From assembly GCA_949514915.1 (NCBI GenBank), contig CATFLP010000067.1, forward strand, positions 1 to 57,741: 57,741 nt of DNA. The letters are read 5' to 3'. Made by a program: the position numbers and the translations under genes. The DNA comes from Methanobacteriota archaeon (GTDB taxonomy: Archaea > Thermoplasmatota > Poseidoniia > Poseidoniales > Poseidoniaceae). Shown here piece after piece: positions 7,958-16,172 of the stretch. The notes under the pieces were generated by a model. It was not told where the DNA came from. It made no database searches and saw only the letters and a program-made list of their open reading frames with translations. Position 1 is the stretch's first letter. Every line of letters starts with the position of its first letter.

Positions 7958-10519
7958 TTGGCCGATGGAGGCAGTTCAATTAGTGAAACTGCAAAGAGTA
8001 TTGGCCTTAGATTACCACATGCATCTGCAACATTCAAAAAGCTCCGTTCTGAAGGACTGGTCACCATTGATCAAAGTGAAAGTCATAGAGGTTCAATACA
8101 AAGATTGACTCCAGAAGGGTGGGCAAAATTAGAACAAGATGAGCTTGCAAGATTATCTGAAATAAAACTTGAACATATCCCCTCTAATGCAGCAGGATGC
8201 CTAATAGCCAGAGATGGCCCAATGCTTCTATTAGGTTACTTGGAATCTCCAACCAATGAAGGTTTTTTACTACCCTCAAAGCCAATCCCAAGTGATAAAT
8301 TCGACTCAATAGGTTCCAATGGAAATATAGGGGTAGAGGTCGAATGGACATGGGCAGTATCAAGAGAACCAAAGCCTAGATGGTTTTCACTACCTAACCT
8401 TCAAAAAACGTCATCACCAAAAAAAACCAAAAGAGAAGGCATCACAGACTGGGACCAAAAAGAAAAATCAATTGGCATAATTCGAGCAAGATTATTAGAA
8501 TCTGATAAGCAGTTTTCATTATCAGTGGGATCTTGGTTCCCTAAAGCGCCAGCAGACAACAACTCAAAACTACCTTCTTTGTTGAATGAAGATTATAGTT
8601 GGACTTTAGCAACATTCCATGATTATAAACATAAAATAAAACCACAACAACCAGTTATTGCAGAGATTACTGGAAGATTAGGCATTAACCTACTACTTGA
8701 AGCCGCATCTTGTGACGGCATTGTAATTGGTGAATCTGGTTTATTATCTAGAAAAACAAATTCATTTCCAATACAAATATTACTAAACTGGATAAAAAGA
8801 ATTCATCCAAAATCATCAGAAAAGATTCAAAAGGATAGGTATGAGTTCCTTATTAGTGAATTAGGAGTTTCAAATCGCAACAGGAAAAGACGTAGGTCTT
8901 CTGGTGAACAATCAACATGGACTAAATTTAAACTCGATTGGGCTAATTCGAAATGGGTAAAAGAAATAAATTCAAATGATTTATTTTTTGATAATTCGCA
9001 ATTAAGTAAAAATGCACTATTATCAATAGTAGACTGGGCAATGACTGAATCCAAAGGAGTACCTCTTTCAATACAATACCCTAGAAATATTGAGTTGAAT
9101 GAAATAGAATCTGATAATCTTGTTCGTTATCCTGCATTAAGAATTATAATTACAGAAAAATGGAAAGGGAGAAAACCACAACTATTGTTAAAAGAATCAA
9201 ATAACTCTAGTTTGCCCATTATGGACTTATGTTTAGAAAGAGGTATTATTTTACCAATAAGTGTAGAAATTTCAACCGTTCAAAATAATGATTCCGTTAT
9301 AGAAGAAAACGTCTCAATTCCTTTCGAATTAATATCTTTGATTAAAAAATCAAAAATAGACATAAATGACATTTCAAAAAATAACGAAAAGTTGTTAAAT
9401 TGTATTAAACAATATCCATTAGGAAATGAATTTGAGGCTAACAAATTAGAATTCGAATACCCATTAGAATCTTGGATTATTACTCCCTCAAATTTAAGAT
9501 GGTTGCGCTGGCAAAGAATTTCAAAAAGAATAGATGGCCATTGGGTTGAATTACTTCCTCCAGAACTTGTCCCAATTGAAAACATAGGAACTGTTGCATT
9601 AAATGCACCGCAAGAATGGAAAATAAAAGCAAGAGAAATTATGATTTCAAAATTACAAATTGAACCAGATTCATCACTAAATTTAAGAAAAATTTTACTA
9701 AATGGATCTAATAATGAAAAAGCATGGTGGTTTTCATGTTTAATTACCTCAGCACAATGGTTAGCACCATCAATTAGAAAAAATGTTGTCAAAATTGGGC
9801 TTAAGCCTTGGATTGAATTACATCATAAATTGTCATTAAATGATTTTACAGATGTATTAAATAATTTATCATGGATGGAAAAATTAAATGAAATAAACAA
9901 TTCATGGACTTCATTAATTTACACACTTGAAATAAATGAAAATCATGTAGAAATAAAATTATGGAAAAATCTAATCAACAAATTTCAAAATAATACAACG
10001 ATAAGTTTTGAAGATGTTTCTAAGATATCTCATAAATTCAATATCGAATGGTGGGCACCATTAGCTGAGGAATTTTTGAAAATATGTTTAGAAACATCAA
10101 AGGGAAGATCTTGGTTAGAATCAGAAAATGTTTCTTGGGTTTCTGCTATCCTAAGAGAAAAAGAAGAAATACATTATTTGCCTGGATTTGGGAACACTAA
10201 ACACCCTGGTTGTAGCAATAATCTATTAGATAATTTGAATCAAAATCTTGACAAAATTGAAACTTCAAAAAATTCTATTGGGATTTTACAATTAATAGAT
10301 CTTCAATCTACATTAACACAAATTAGGAATAAAAATCGTCCATCTGTGGGGAAATGCCACAAACATTGTGGTTGGTTAGGACAACCAATTGAGTTATGGC
10401 CTGAAATAAATTCATTAATTGATTTCAAAGGTGACAATGAAGTGACAAAAAGAATTTTTTTAAGAAAAACAGGATTTCATAAGGACTTGGAAATTTCACC
10501 TCAAACAAAATTAACTTGA
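7958..10519 (+). CDS. Large orphan protein (853 aa) with N-terminal MarR/wHTH-like domain
   Basis: The N-terminus SISETAKSIGLRLPHASATFKKLRSEGLVTIDQSESHRGSIQRLTPEGWAKL is wHTH-like. The remaining ~780 aa have no recognisable motif and no Walker A. The first canonical start is TTG 7958, but the in-frame upstream codons read KRVLDWL, a plausible first helix. Confidence 0.7.
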   Translation: MADGGSSISETAKSIGLRLPHASATFKKLRSEGLVTIDQSESHRGSIQRLTPEGWAKLEQDELARLSEIKLEHIPSNAAGCLIARDGPMLLLGYLESPTNEGFLLPSKPIPSDKFDSIGSNGNIGVEVEWTWAVSREPKPRWFSLPNLQKTSSPKKTKREGITDWDQKEKSIGIIRARLLESDKQFSLSVGSWFPKAPADNNSKLPSLLNEDYSWTLATFHDYKHKIKPQQPVIAEITGRLGINLLLEAASCDGIVIGESGLLSRKTNSFPIQILLNWIKRIHPKSSEKIQKDRYEFLISELGVSNRNRKRRRSSGEQSTWTKFKLDWANSKWVKEINSNDLFFDNSQLSKNALLSIVDWAMTESKGVPLSIQYPRNIELNEIESDNLVRYPALRIIITEKWKGRKPQLLLKESNNSSLPIMDLCLERGIILPISVEISTVQNNDSVIEENVSIPFELISLIKKSKIDINDISKNNEKLLNCIKQYPLGNEFEANKLEFEYPLESWIITPSNLRWLRWQRISKRIDGHWVELLPPELVPIENIGTVALNAPQEWKIKAREIMISKLQIEPDSSLNLRKILLNGSNNEKAWWFSCLITSAQWLAPSIRKNVVKIGLKPWIELHHKLSLNDFTDVLNNLSWMEKLNEINNSWTSLIYTLEINENHVEIKLWKNLINKFQNNTTISFEDVSKISHKFNIEWWAPLAEEFLKICLETSKGRSWLESENVSWVSAILREKEEIHYLPGFGNTKHPGCSNNLLDNLNQNLDKIETSKNSIGILQLIDLQSTLTQIRNKNRPSVGKCHKHCGWLGQPIELWPEINSLIDFKGDNEVTKRIFLRKTGFHKDLEISPQTKLT

Positions 10520-10540
10520 GAAAATATTGAATATTAATCA

Positions 10541-10822
10541 CTAATGGTCGTAAATACCACACTGCAACATCGCATGGATTTCTGCCCTTCGCCGGATGGA
10601 AATATGAAATGACGATACCAAGTTGTGGTACGTCTGTATCGAAGAACATGGTGATCTACGGAAATGATCCTTGTTGCAAAAACAGACAATAGTGGCTACG
10701 AATGGGTCCCCACCGGACTTTAGGATGATGGATGGACAACCCCGTAGTCCTCAACGCCCTGGTGAATGGGTCAGGCCCCTGAGGAAACAATGATGCAGGC
10801 CGTTAGTCATCAGGGCCCCAAA
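10541..10822 (+). ncRNA. Candidate structured ncRNA (GC-rich island; family unresolved, some SRP/7S-like and RNase P-like sequence motifs but no canonical core)
   Basis: About 280 nt, markedly more GC-rich than its flanks and lacking a credible ORF. Hairpin 10611-10634 (GACG-A-UACCA / UGGUACGUC). Helix 10694-10700 / 10743-10749 (GGCUACG / CGUAGUC). Helix 10756-10765 / 10807-10816 (GCCCUGGUGA / UCAUCAGGGC). The G-U pairs in these helices are valid only on the + strand. Boundaries are approximate. Confidence 0.4.
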
Positions 10823-10873
10823 TCAACTAATTTTATCCAAAAACTCAAGTGTAATCCCAATTTCAGTTGTTTA

Positions 10874-11941
10874 ATGGCAAGACCGTTTGAGAGAGGATTA
10901 CTTGGAGGAACTTTCGATCATTTCCATCAAGGTCATGCAAGATTAATTCTAAGCGGATTAAAACAATGTAATATTTTGGAAATTTGGATTACTTCCGATG
11001 AAATTGTTTCCCATAAAACTGGAATTATTCAATCATTTGAAGAACGAAGCTCATTCTTAGAGGAATGGATAAATAAAGATGGTAATATGCAGGATTTAGG
11101 AGTTTCAGAATCTGAAGACCACATTAAAGACCTTAATTCAAGAATATCTATTAGAAAACTGGAAGATGAAGTAGGCCCAGCAGAATGGAGAACCGATTGT
11201 GATGCAATAATTTGTACAGAAGAAACTTCGCCTGCTTGTGAGAATATAAATTCAACAAGAATCAAGTCAAATTTGATTCCATTAAATATAATTCTAGTAG
11301 AACATTTTCTTACCGAAGATGGAAATATTCTTTCCAGTAGTTTAATCAGAAAGGGAACATATACTAGACAGGGTAAAAAATGGATTGATACTTCTCAACT
11401 TTCTGAAACATTATACATGCCAAAATCTATTGAAAGTAAATTAAAAAAACCATTTGGAACTCTTTACGAAGGCCCAGAAAATGATACTTCCATAGCAATA
11501 AAAAAACTTTATGGGGAACTTAATGAAAATTTGCTTGGGAAAATCGTAGCAGTAGGAGACGTTTGTGTTTCAGCATTACAAAAACTAGGCATCACACCTG
11601 ATATTGCTGTTGTTGATGGAATGACAAAAAGACAAAAACTTCCAGAGGCACAAAAACCAAATCAAGAAGGTTATGATGAGTACATAAATTGTAAAAATCC
11701 TGCAGGACAAATAACTCCAGAATTTAGTAATTCGTTGATTAATGCTTCAAAATCAGAACTAAAAGTTTTGATTAATGTAGAAGGTGAAGAAGATTTGGCT
11801 CCAATCATTTTACATTTAGCATTACCACTAGATTCATTATTGATTTATGGGCAACCAAACAAAGGAATTGTTGCTTGCTATTCCGATGAATATGTTAAAA
11901 ATAGATGTGTCTTAAGATTAAATGAATTTACATCAAATTAA
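10874..11941 (+). CDS. Fusion of archaeal-type phosphopantetheine adenylyltransferase (N-terminal) and DUF359/GTP-dependent dephospho-CoA kinase (C-terminal)
   Basis: The N-terminal cytidylyltransferase motif is GGTFDHFHQGH, followed by LSSSLIRKG. The C-terminal half contains IVAVGDVCVSAL..PDIAVVDGMTKRQK, which matches DUF359-type dephospho-CoA kinases. ATG 10874 is preferred; the track start at 10766 would read through the GC-rich RNA-like region. Confidence 0.7.
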   Translation: MARPFERGLLGGTFDHFHQGHARLILSGLKQCNILEIWITSDEIVSHKTGIIQSFEERSSFLEEWINKDGNMQDLGVSESEDHIKDLNSRISIRKLEDEVGPAEWRTDCDAIICTEETSPACENINSTRIKSNLIPLNIILVEHFLTEDGNILSSSLIRKGTYTRQGKKWIDTSQLSETLYMPKSIESKLKKPFGTLYEGPENDTSIAIKKLYGELNENLLGKIVAVGDVCVSALQKLGITPDIAVVDGMTKRQKLPEAQKPNQEGYDEYINCKNPAGQITPEFSNSLINASKSELKVLINVEGEEDLAPIILHLALPLDSLLIYGQPNKGIVACYSDEYVKNRCVLRLNEFTSN

Positions 11942-12495
11942 TTTTCTGCAGATTCTTCAGATTGTGCATCTGCTAATTTACCAAAGGCCCAACCAAAAAT
12001 AATACAAGGCGCAGCAACAGAATAAATTCCTGGATCTACCCATCCAGAATATAAGATTCCAGTTACTATGTAAAAAATTAATCCAATTACCATAAACCAA
12101 ACAGAAATTGTTTTTCTTAATCCCCCCTCAGTTGAAACATCAACCAAAGCGGGCCAAAAATTATCTTTAATTCCCATAAACCAACCTTTCATTCCGCCAT
12201 CTACATTAGAAATTATTCCTCTTGCACTTAAAATGCCCCCAATTAAACAAAGAACAAAGAATATACCATCACTATATGGTCTAAATGCTGTGTTATCTGT
12301 AAGATAATTTGGTTCTAATAACCCAATGGAAAGAATACTCCCCCAAACGACCTTATCTCCTGTAGGAGTTGCCATTTGAAGTATATTTAGTAACCATAGC
12401 AAAATACCCCAACATGAAAGTATAAACAACCATCCTGAAAGTCTCGCACTTGGCACTAAAAAATTAGCCGAATCCCCATCTGCCGCTTCACTCAT
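11938..12495 (-). CDS. Hypothetical integral membrane protein
   Basis: Four to five hydrophobic segments. ATG at 12495 (MSEAADG) is preferred over TTG at 12528. There is a 4-nt overlap with the convergent upstream gene's end. Confidence 0.55.
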   Translation of the reverse strand: MSEAADGDSANFLVPSARLSGWLFILSCWGILLWLLNILQMATPTGDKVVWGSILSIGLLEPNYLTDNTAFRPYSDGIFFVLCLIGGILSARGIISNVDGGMKGWFMGIKDNFWPALVDVSTEGGLRKTISVWFMVIGLIFYIVTGILYSGWVDPGIYSVAAPCIIFGWAFGKLADAQSEESAEN

Positions 12496-12531
12496 TAAGC
12501 CATGCGACTTAGCAACTCGGTTTAACAATTG

Positions 12532-13812
12532 TCAAAGCCTTGATTGTAATTTGAATCTTCCCTGAACCACTGGAATCATCCCTTGGTCTGCATTACGCAT
12601 GATTTCAGAAGCAATTATTGTTGCAGGAATGCAACTATTAATTTCTTTACTTCTTCCGTATCTTCCACGGCTTACTGTTTTAGCGCTTATTAGACCCAGC
12701 ATATCCAAATTAGAGATTAAATCTGTAACTCTTCTTTGTGTAAGGAAATTAACGCCTGCAAATCTACATGCTTGTTTGTAAGCCTCATAAACTTCCCCAG
12801 TTGCAATATTATTCAAACCATTTTCTTCGTTAATCAATACTGAATATAATACTAATTTTTGTTGAAATGGTAAAGTAGCAATAACAGGTGTTATCTGATC
12901 ACATTCAATTTGATTTTGTGCCATTCTAACATGTCTTTCACACACCAAAGTAGAACCCTCTTGGTCTGCTTTTTCTGTTGAAACTCTAAGTAGATCCAAA
13001 GCCTTACGTGCATCACCATGTTCTTGTGCTGCTAAAGCAGAGCATAATTCAATAACTCCACCATCAATTGCATCTTTTGAAATTCCAATTTCAGAACGCA
13101 TTCTCAAAATGTCCTCAAGATGGCTTGCCTTATATGGATTAAATATTACATCTTCTTGACCCAATCTACTCCTTACTCTAGGATCCAAATAATCAGTGAA
13201 AGTTAAATCATTACTAATTCCAATAACACAACTTCTTGCATTCTTTAAATCAGCATTTAAATTAGTTAAATTATACAATAGATCATCTCCTGATTTTTTA
13301 ACCAAATGATCTATTTCATCAAGTACGATTACGTGCACTCCTCCCATTGCATCCATTCTTTTTACTAATTTACCAAATACTCTATCTGTCGGCCAACCAG
13401 TAAAGGGTATCTTTTCCTCGAAGTCTTCAATTAATGAATTCCCCAAATGTGCAAGAACCCGATATTGCGTATCTATATTCCTACAATTTAGGACCAAAGG
13501 GTTTACAACACGATTAAGTTCTTTTCCTTTAGCAACTAATTGATCACAAATAAAACGTATAACGGCAGTCTTTCCAGCTCCAGTAACTCCATACAAAATC
13601 ATATTTGAAGGGATGTGGCCTTTCAAAGCCTCTACAAGATTGAAACCAATAGATTCTATCTCTGAATCTCTATGAGGCAATTCATTAGGAACATGACTAT
13701 GTCTGAGAAGTTCTTTGTCTAAAAAAAGAGATGATGTGTCGAGAGCAGAATCAAAAATGTTTTTCTTCAAAAAAAGGCCCCCAGTGTGATATTCATGATT
13801 TATCGGCTCCAA
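12532..13812 (-). CDS. cdc6: Orc1/Cdc6 replication initiator (AAA+ plus C-terminal winged helix)
   Basis: VPNELPHRDSEIESIG, Walker A GVTGAGKT, Walker B VIVLDEIDHL, sensor region GISNDL, and a C-terminal wHTH (ISAKTVSRGRYGRSKEI). There is no in-frame ATG in the first ~70 codons, so a TTG start at 13812 (or a nearby TTG) is required. Confidence 0.9.
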   Translation of the reverse strand: MEPINHEYHTGGLFLKKNIFDSALDTSSLFLDKELLRHSHVPNELPHRDSEIESIGFNLVEALKGHIPSNMILYGVTGAGKTAVIRFICDQLVAKGKELNRVVNPLVLNCRNIDTQYRVLAHLGNSLIEDFEEKIPFTGWPTDRVFGKLVKRMDAMGGVHVIVLDEIDHLVKKSGDDLLYNLTNLNADLKNARSCVIGISNDLTFTDYLDPRVRSRLGQEDVIFNPYKASHLEDILRMRSEIGISKDAIDGGVIELCSALAAQEHGDARKALDLLRVSTEKADQEGSTLVCERHVRMAQNQIECDQITPVIATLPFQQKLVLYSVLINEENGLNNIATGEVYEAYKQACRFAGVNFLTQRRVTDLISNLDMLGLISAKTVSRGRYGRSKEINSCIPATIIASEIMRNADQGMIPVVQGRFKLQSRL

Positions 13813-13973
13813 AACAGGTAGTGTGCTGGCAGAGCCTACACCGAGGCCATATAATAAGCCTAACCGATGATGGAAAATTTTGAGTTGTAAAGTGAAAGTG
13901 AAGTGACTTTATATGGTTTTATAATTTGATATATAAATACACAGATGCATCTTTAAAAAATAACAAATTCTAA

Positions 13974-14771
13974 TTATAAAATTTTGAATCTTCCATCAAC
14001 CCATTCAAATTTTTGTTCATCACAAACCTGTAAAATATTATCTGGCAAATTAGGTAAATCATTGGAAAGATATGGTTTTTTACCACTATTAATATCATCT
14101 GCATAATGATGTGTTGCTAAAAATATTGTTTTAGGGAATTTATTAGCTAATTCTTTGAGTGTTTCAGGCCTATAATGAAAAGGAGTATTTACATGATCAG
14201 GCACCCCTAATTCGATAACTACTACATTACAATCCATTACTCTTGATTCTATGGCTTTACATGGGCCTGAATCTCCAGTATGCATCAATTTAAATCCACT
14301 TTCATGAGTTAATAAATATCCATGAGGATCTACTGCTTCATCATGAAAGACTTCAAACCTTTCAAAGGTCCAACCATTTACTCCCAAAATGTTTCCACTA
14401 GGGTTTTCATCAAATATCACATTATTTTTCATTCTCTCTAATAAAGAACCAGGGTATGCAATCTCGCATAATTCTTTTAATTTTTCAGTCCCCTTTTCTG
14501 GACAGTGTACACTTAATTTTTGTTTGGCATCTCTATCGGAAATATATTTTTGATCTAAAATTAAAAATGGAAAGCCGAAAAAATGATCACCATGCCAATG
14601 TGTAATCATTATTGTTTTAATATCGCTTGGAGTTAATTCCCTTCTTCTTAAACTAGCAAGCACTGTAGGAGGAGTATCGATTAGTATTTCTCCTTCTATT
14701 AATAGCAATGAATGAAACCGTCCTTGAGGGAGAAAGGCATTCCCTGTTCCGAGAAATTCAAATCGGACCAT
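13974..14771 (-). CDS. Metallo-beta-lactamase-fold hydrolase
   Basis: MVRFEFLGTGNAF and the HxHxDH motif ITHWHGDHFFG, with a later HTGDSGP. Start at ATG 14771. Confidence 0.8.
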   Translation of the reverse strand: MVRFEFLGTGNAFLPQGRFHSLLLIEGEILIDTPPTVLASLRRRELTPSDIKTIMITHWHGDHFFGFPFLILDQKYISDRDAKQKLSVHCPEKGTEKLKELCEIAYPGSLLERMKNNVIFDENPSGNILGVNGWTFERFEVFHDEAVDPHGYLLTHESGFKLMHTGDSGPCKAIESRVMDCNVVVIELGVPDHVNTPFHYRPETLKELANKFPKTIFLATHHYADDINSGKKPYLSNDLPNLPDNILQVCDEQKFEWVDGRFKIL

Positions 14772-14868
14772 GCTTAGGACAACAACCAATCACATATTGG
14801 CTTGACGGAAGATTGTGAGATGATTAATACTGATTATATACGGGTTAATACTCGGTAGAATTATCGAA

Positions 14869-16155
14869 GTGAGTATGATGGGAACTGAATGGAATTTAAA
14901 GAATCCTTACTTGACTACCATAAGTGAAAAAGATGTATTAAATGGGCCTGGAGCAACTAAAGAAACAAGGCATGTAAGTATCTTACTTGGAGATAGTGGC
15001 TTAACATACAGAGCGGGTGATGCAATTGGAATTATTCCAGAAAATCCAAAAGATATTGTTGAAAAATTAATTGAACTATTAGGATTTAATCCGAGTCAAG
15101 AAGTTGAATCTCATTCTGGAAAGGTAACATTATACAATGCACTGAAAAAGGATTATGAGATTCATAGATTAAATAAAAAGTTTGTAAAAGCTTTACCTGG
15201 ATTGTTATCTGATGATTCTGGAAGTTTGATAGAAATACAACTTGTTAAGAGTGAAAGAAATAATGTCACAAAGAATACTTCAGATTCATGGGAATTAAGT
15301 ACTGATGGAGACTTACCTGCCAATTACCCAATTCAAAGTAAAAATAACCCCTCGGCCAAAGCAGAAATAATTACTAAAGATAATGATGCTATTGAAGATT
15401 ATATTTGGTCTAGAGACTATATTGATGCATTACAAGATTTTCCTTCATTGAACTTTGATACACCAGAAGACTTTCTTTCTCAACTTGATAAAATTAAAGG
15501 TAGATTATATTCAATTGCATCTTCTCCAGATGCACATCCTGGAGAAGTACAATTAACAATAGCAATTGTAAGATATAATCACCACAATCGAGACAGGGCA
15601 GGACTTTGTACTGGCTATTTAGCAGATGATGTTGAAGTAGGCAAAACTAAATTTGGAGTATATATGTCTCCAACAAAATCATTCCTTTTACCTGATGATG
15701 GTTCAACAAACATCATAATGGTAGGACCTGGGACTGGAATTGCACCCTTTAGAGCATTTATCGAACAACGTGAAATTGACAAATCCACAGGTAAAAATTG
15801 GCTATTCTTTGGAGATCAACATGAAGCAACTGAATATTATTACAAATCACAAATTAAAGGTTGGTTAGATAACGGAGTCTTACATGATTTCACTACTGCT
15901 TGGTCTAGAGACCAAGCAGAAAAAATATATGTTCAAAATAGAATGCTAGAACATGGTAAAGAAATTTGGGAATGGATTAATGATGGCGCCTATTTTTATG
16001 TGTGTGGAGATAAAAATTACATGGCCAAAGATGTTCATGCTGCATTAATACAAATTTGTTCTGAATATGGGGGCATGAATAGTGATGAAGCAACAGAATA
16101 TGTAACTCAAACACTTATGAAAGAAGAAAAGAGATACTTAAGAGATGTTTACTAA
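14869..16155 (+). CDS. CysJ/diflavin-reductase-like FAD/NADPH-binding protein (no FMN/flavodoxin domain)
   Basis: KETRHVSILL, RLYSIASSP (FAD binding), GPGTGIAPFRAF (NADPH binding), YVCGD, and the C-terminal YLRDVY. Confidence 0.8.
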   Translation: MSMMGTEWNLKNPYLTTISEKDVLNGPGATKETRHVSILLGDSGLTYRAGDAIGIIPENPKDIVEKLIELLGFNPSQEVESHSGKVTLYNALKKDYEIHRLNKKFVKALPGLLSDDSGSLIEIQLVKSERNNVTKNTSDSWELSTDGDLPANYPIQSKNNPSAKAEIITKDNDAIEDYIWSRDYIDALQDFPSLNFDTPEDFLSQLDKIKGRLYSIASSPDAHPGEVQLTIAIVRYNHHNRDRAGLCTGYLADDVEVGKTKFGVYMSPTKSFLLPDDGSTNIIMVGPGTGIAPFRAFIEQREIDKSTGKNWLFFGDQHEATEYYYKSQIKGWLDNGVLHDFTTAWSRDQAEKIYVQNRMLEHGKEIWEWINDGAYFYVCGDKNYMAKDVHAALIQICSEYGGMNSDEATEYVTQTLMKEEKRYLRDVY

Positions 16156-16172
16156 ACCTCATAGACGTTCGT

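Noticed and set aside
10425-10649. 74-aa minus-strand ORF spanning the end of the 853-aa gene and the start of the RNA-like island
   Set aside because: It overlaps a well-supported CDS on the opposite strand as well as the structured region. Its composition is low-complexity and hydrophobic, typical of antisense shadows.
10541-10822. Firm assignment of the GC-rich island as SRP (7S) RNA or RNase P RNA
   Set aside because: SRP-like strings are present, but the universally conserved helix-8 core (CAGG / 3-bp stem / GNAR / 3-bp stem / AGCA) cannot be formed. The motif also sits too close to the 3' end to leave room for a helix-5 3' strand. RNase P-like strings (GAGGAAAC, ACAGAC..GGCUAC on +; AAAGUCCGG on -) occur in the wrong order or lack partners. 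It is kept only as an unassigned ncRNA candidate.
10766-10873. N-terminal 36-codon extension of the PPAT/DPCK ORF (track start MGQAPEETMMQAVSHQGPK...)
   Set aside because: It lies inside the GC-rich RNA-like island and has no similarity to nucleotidyltransferase N-termini. The conserved GGTFDHFHQGH motif follows immediately after ATG 10874, and a TATA-like TTTTAT sits ~40 nt upstream of that ATG.
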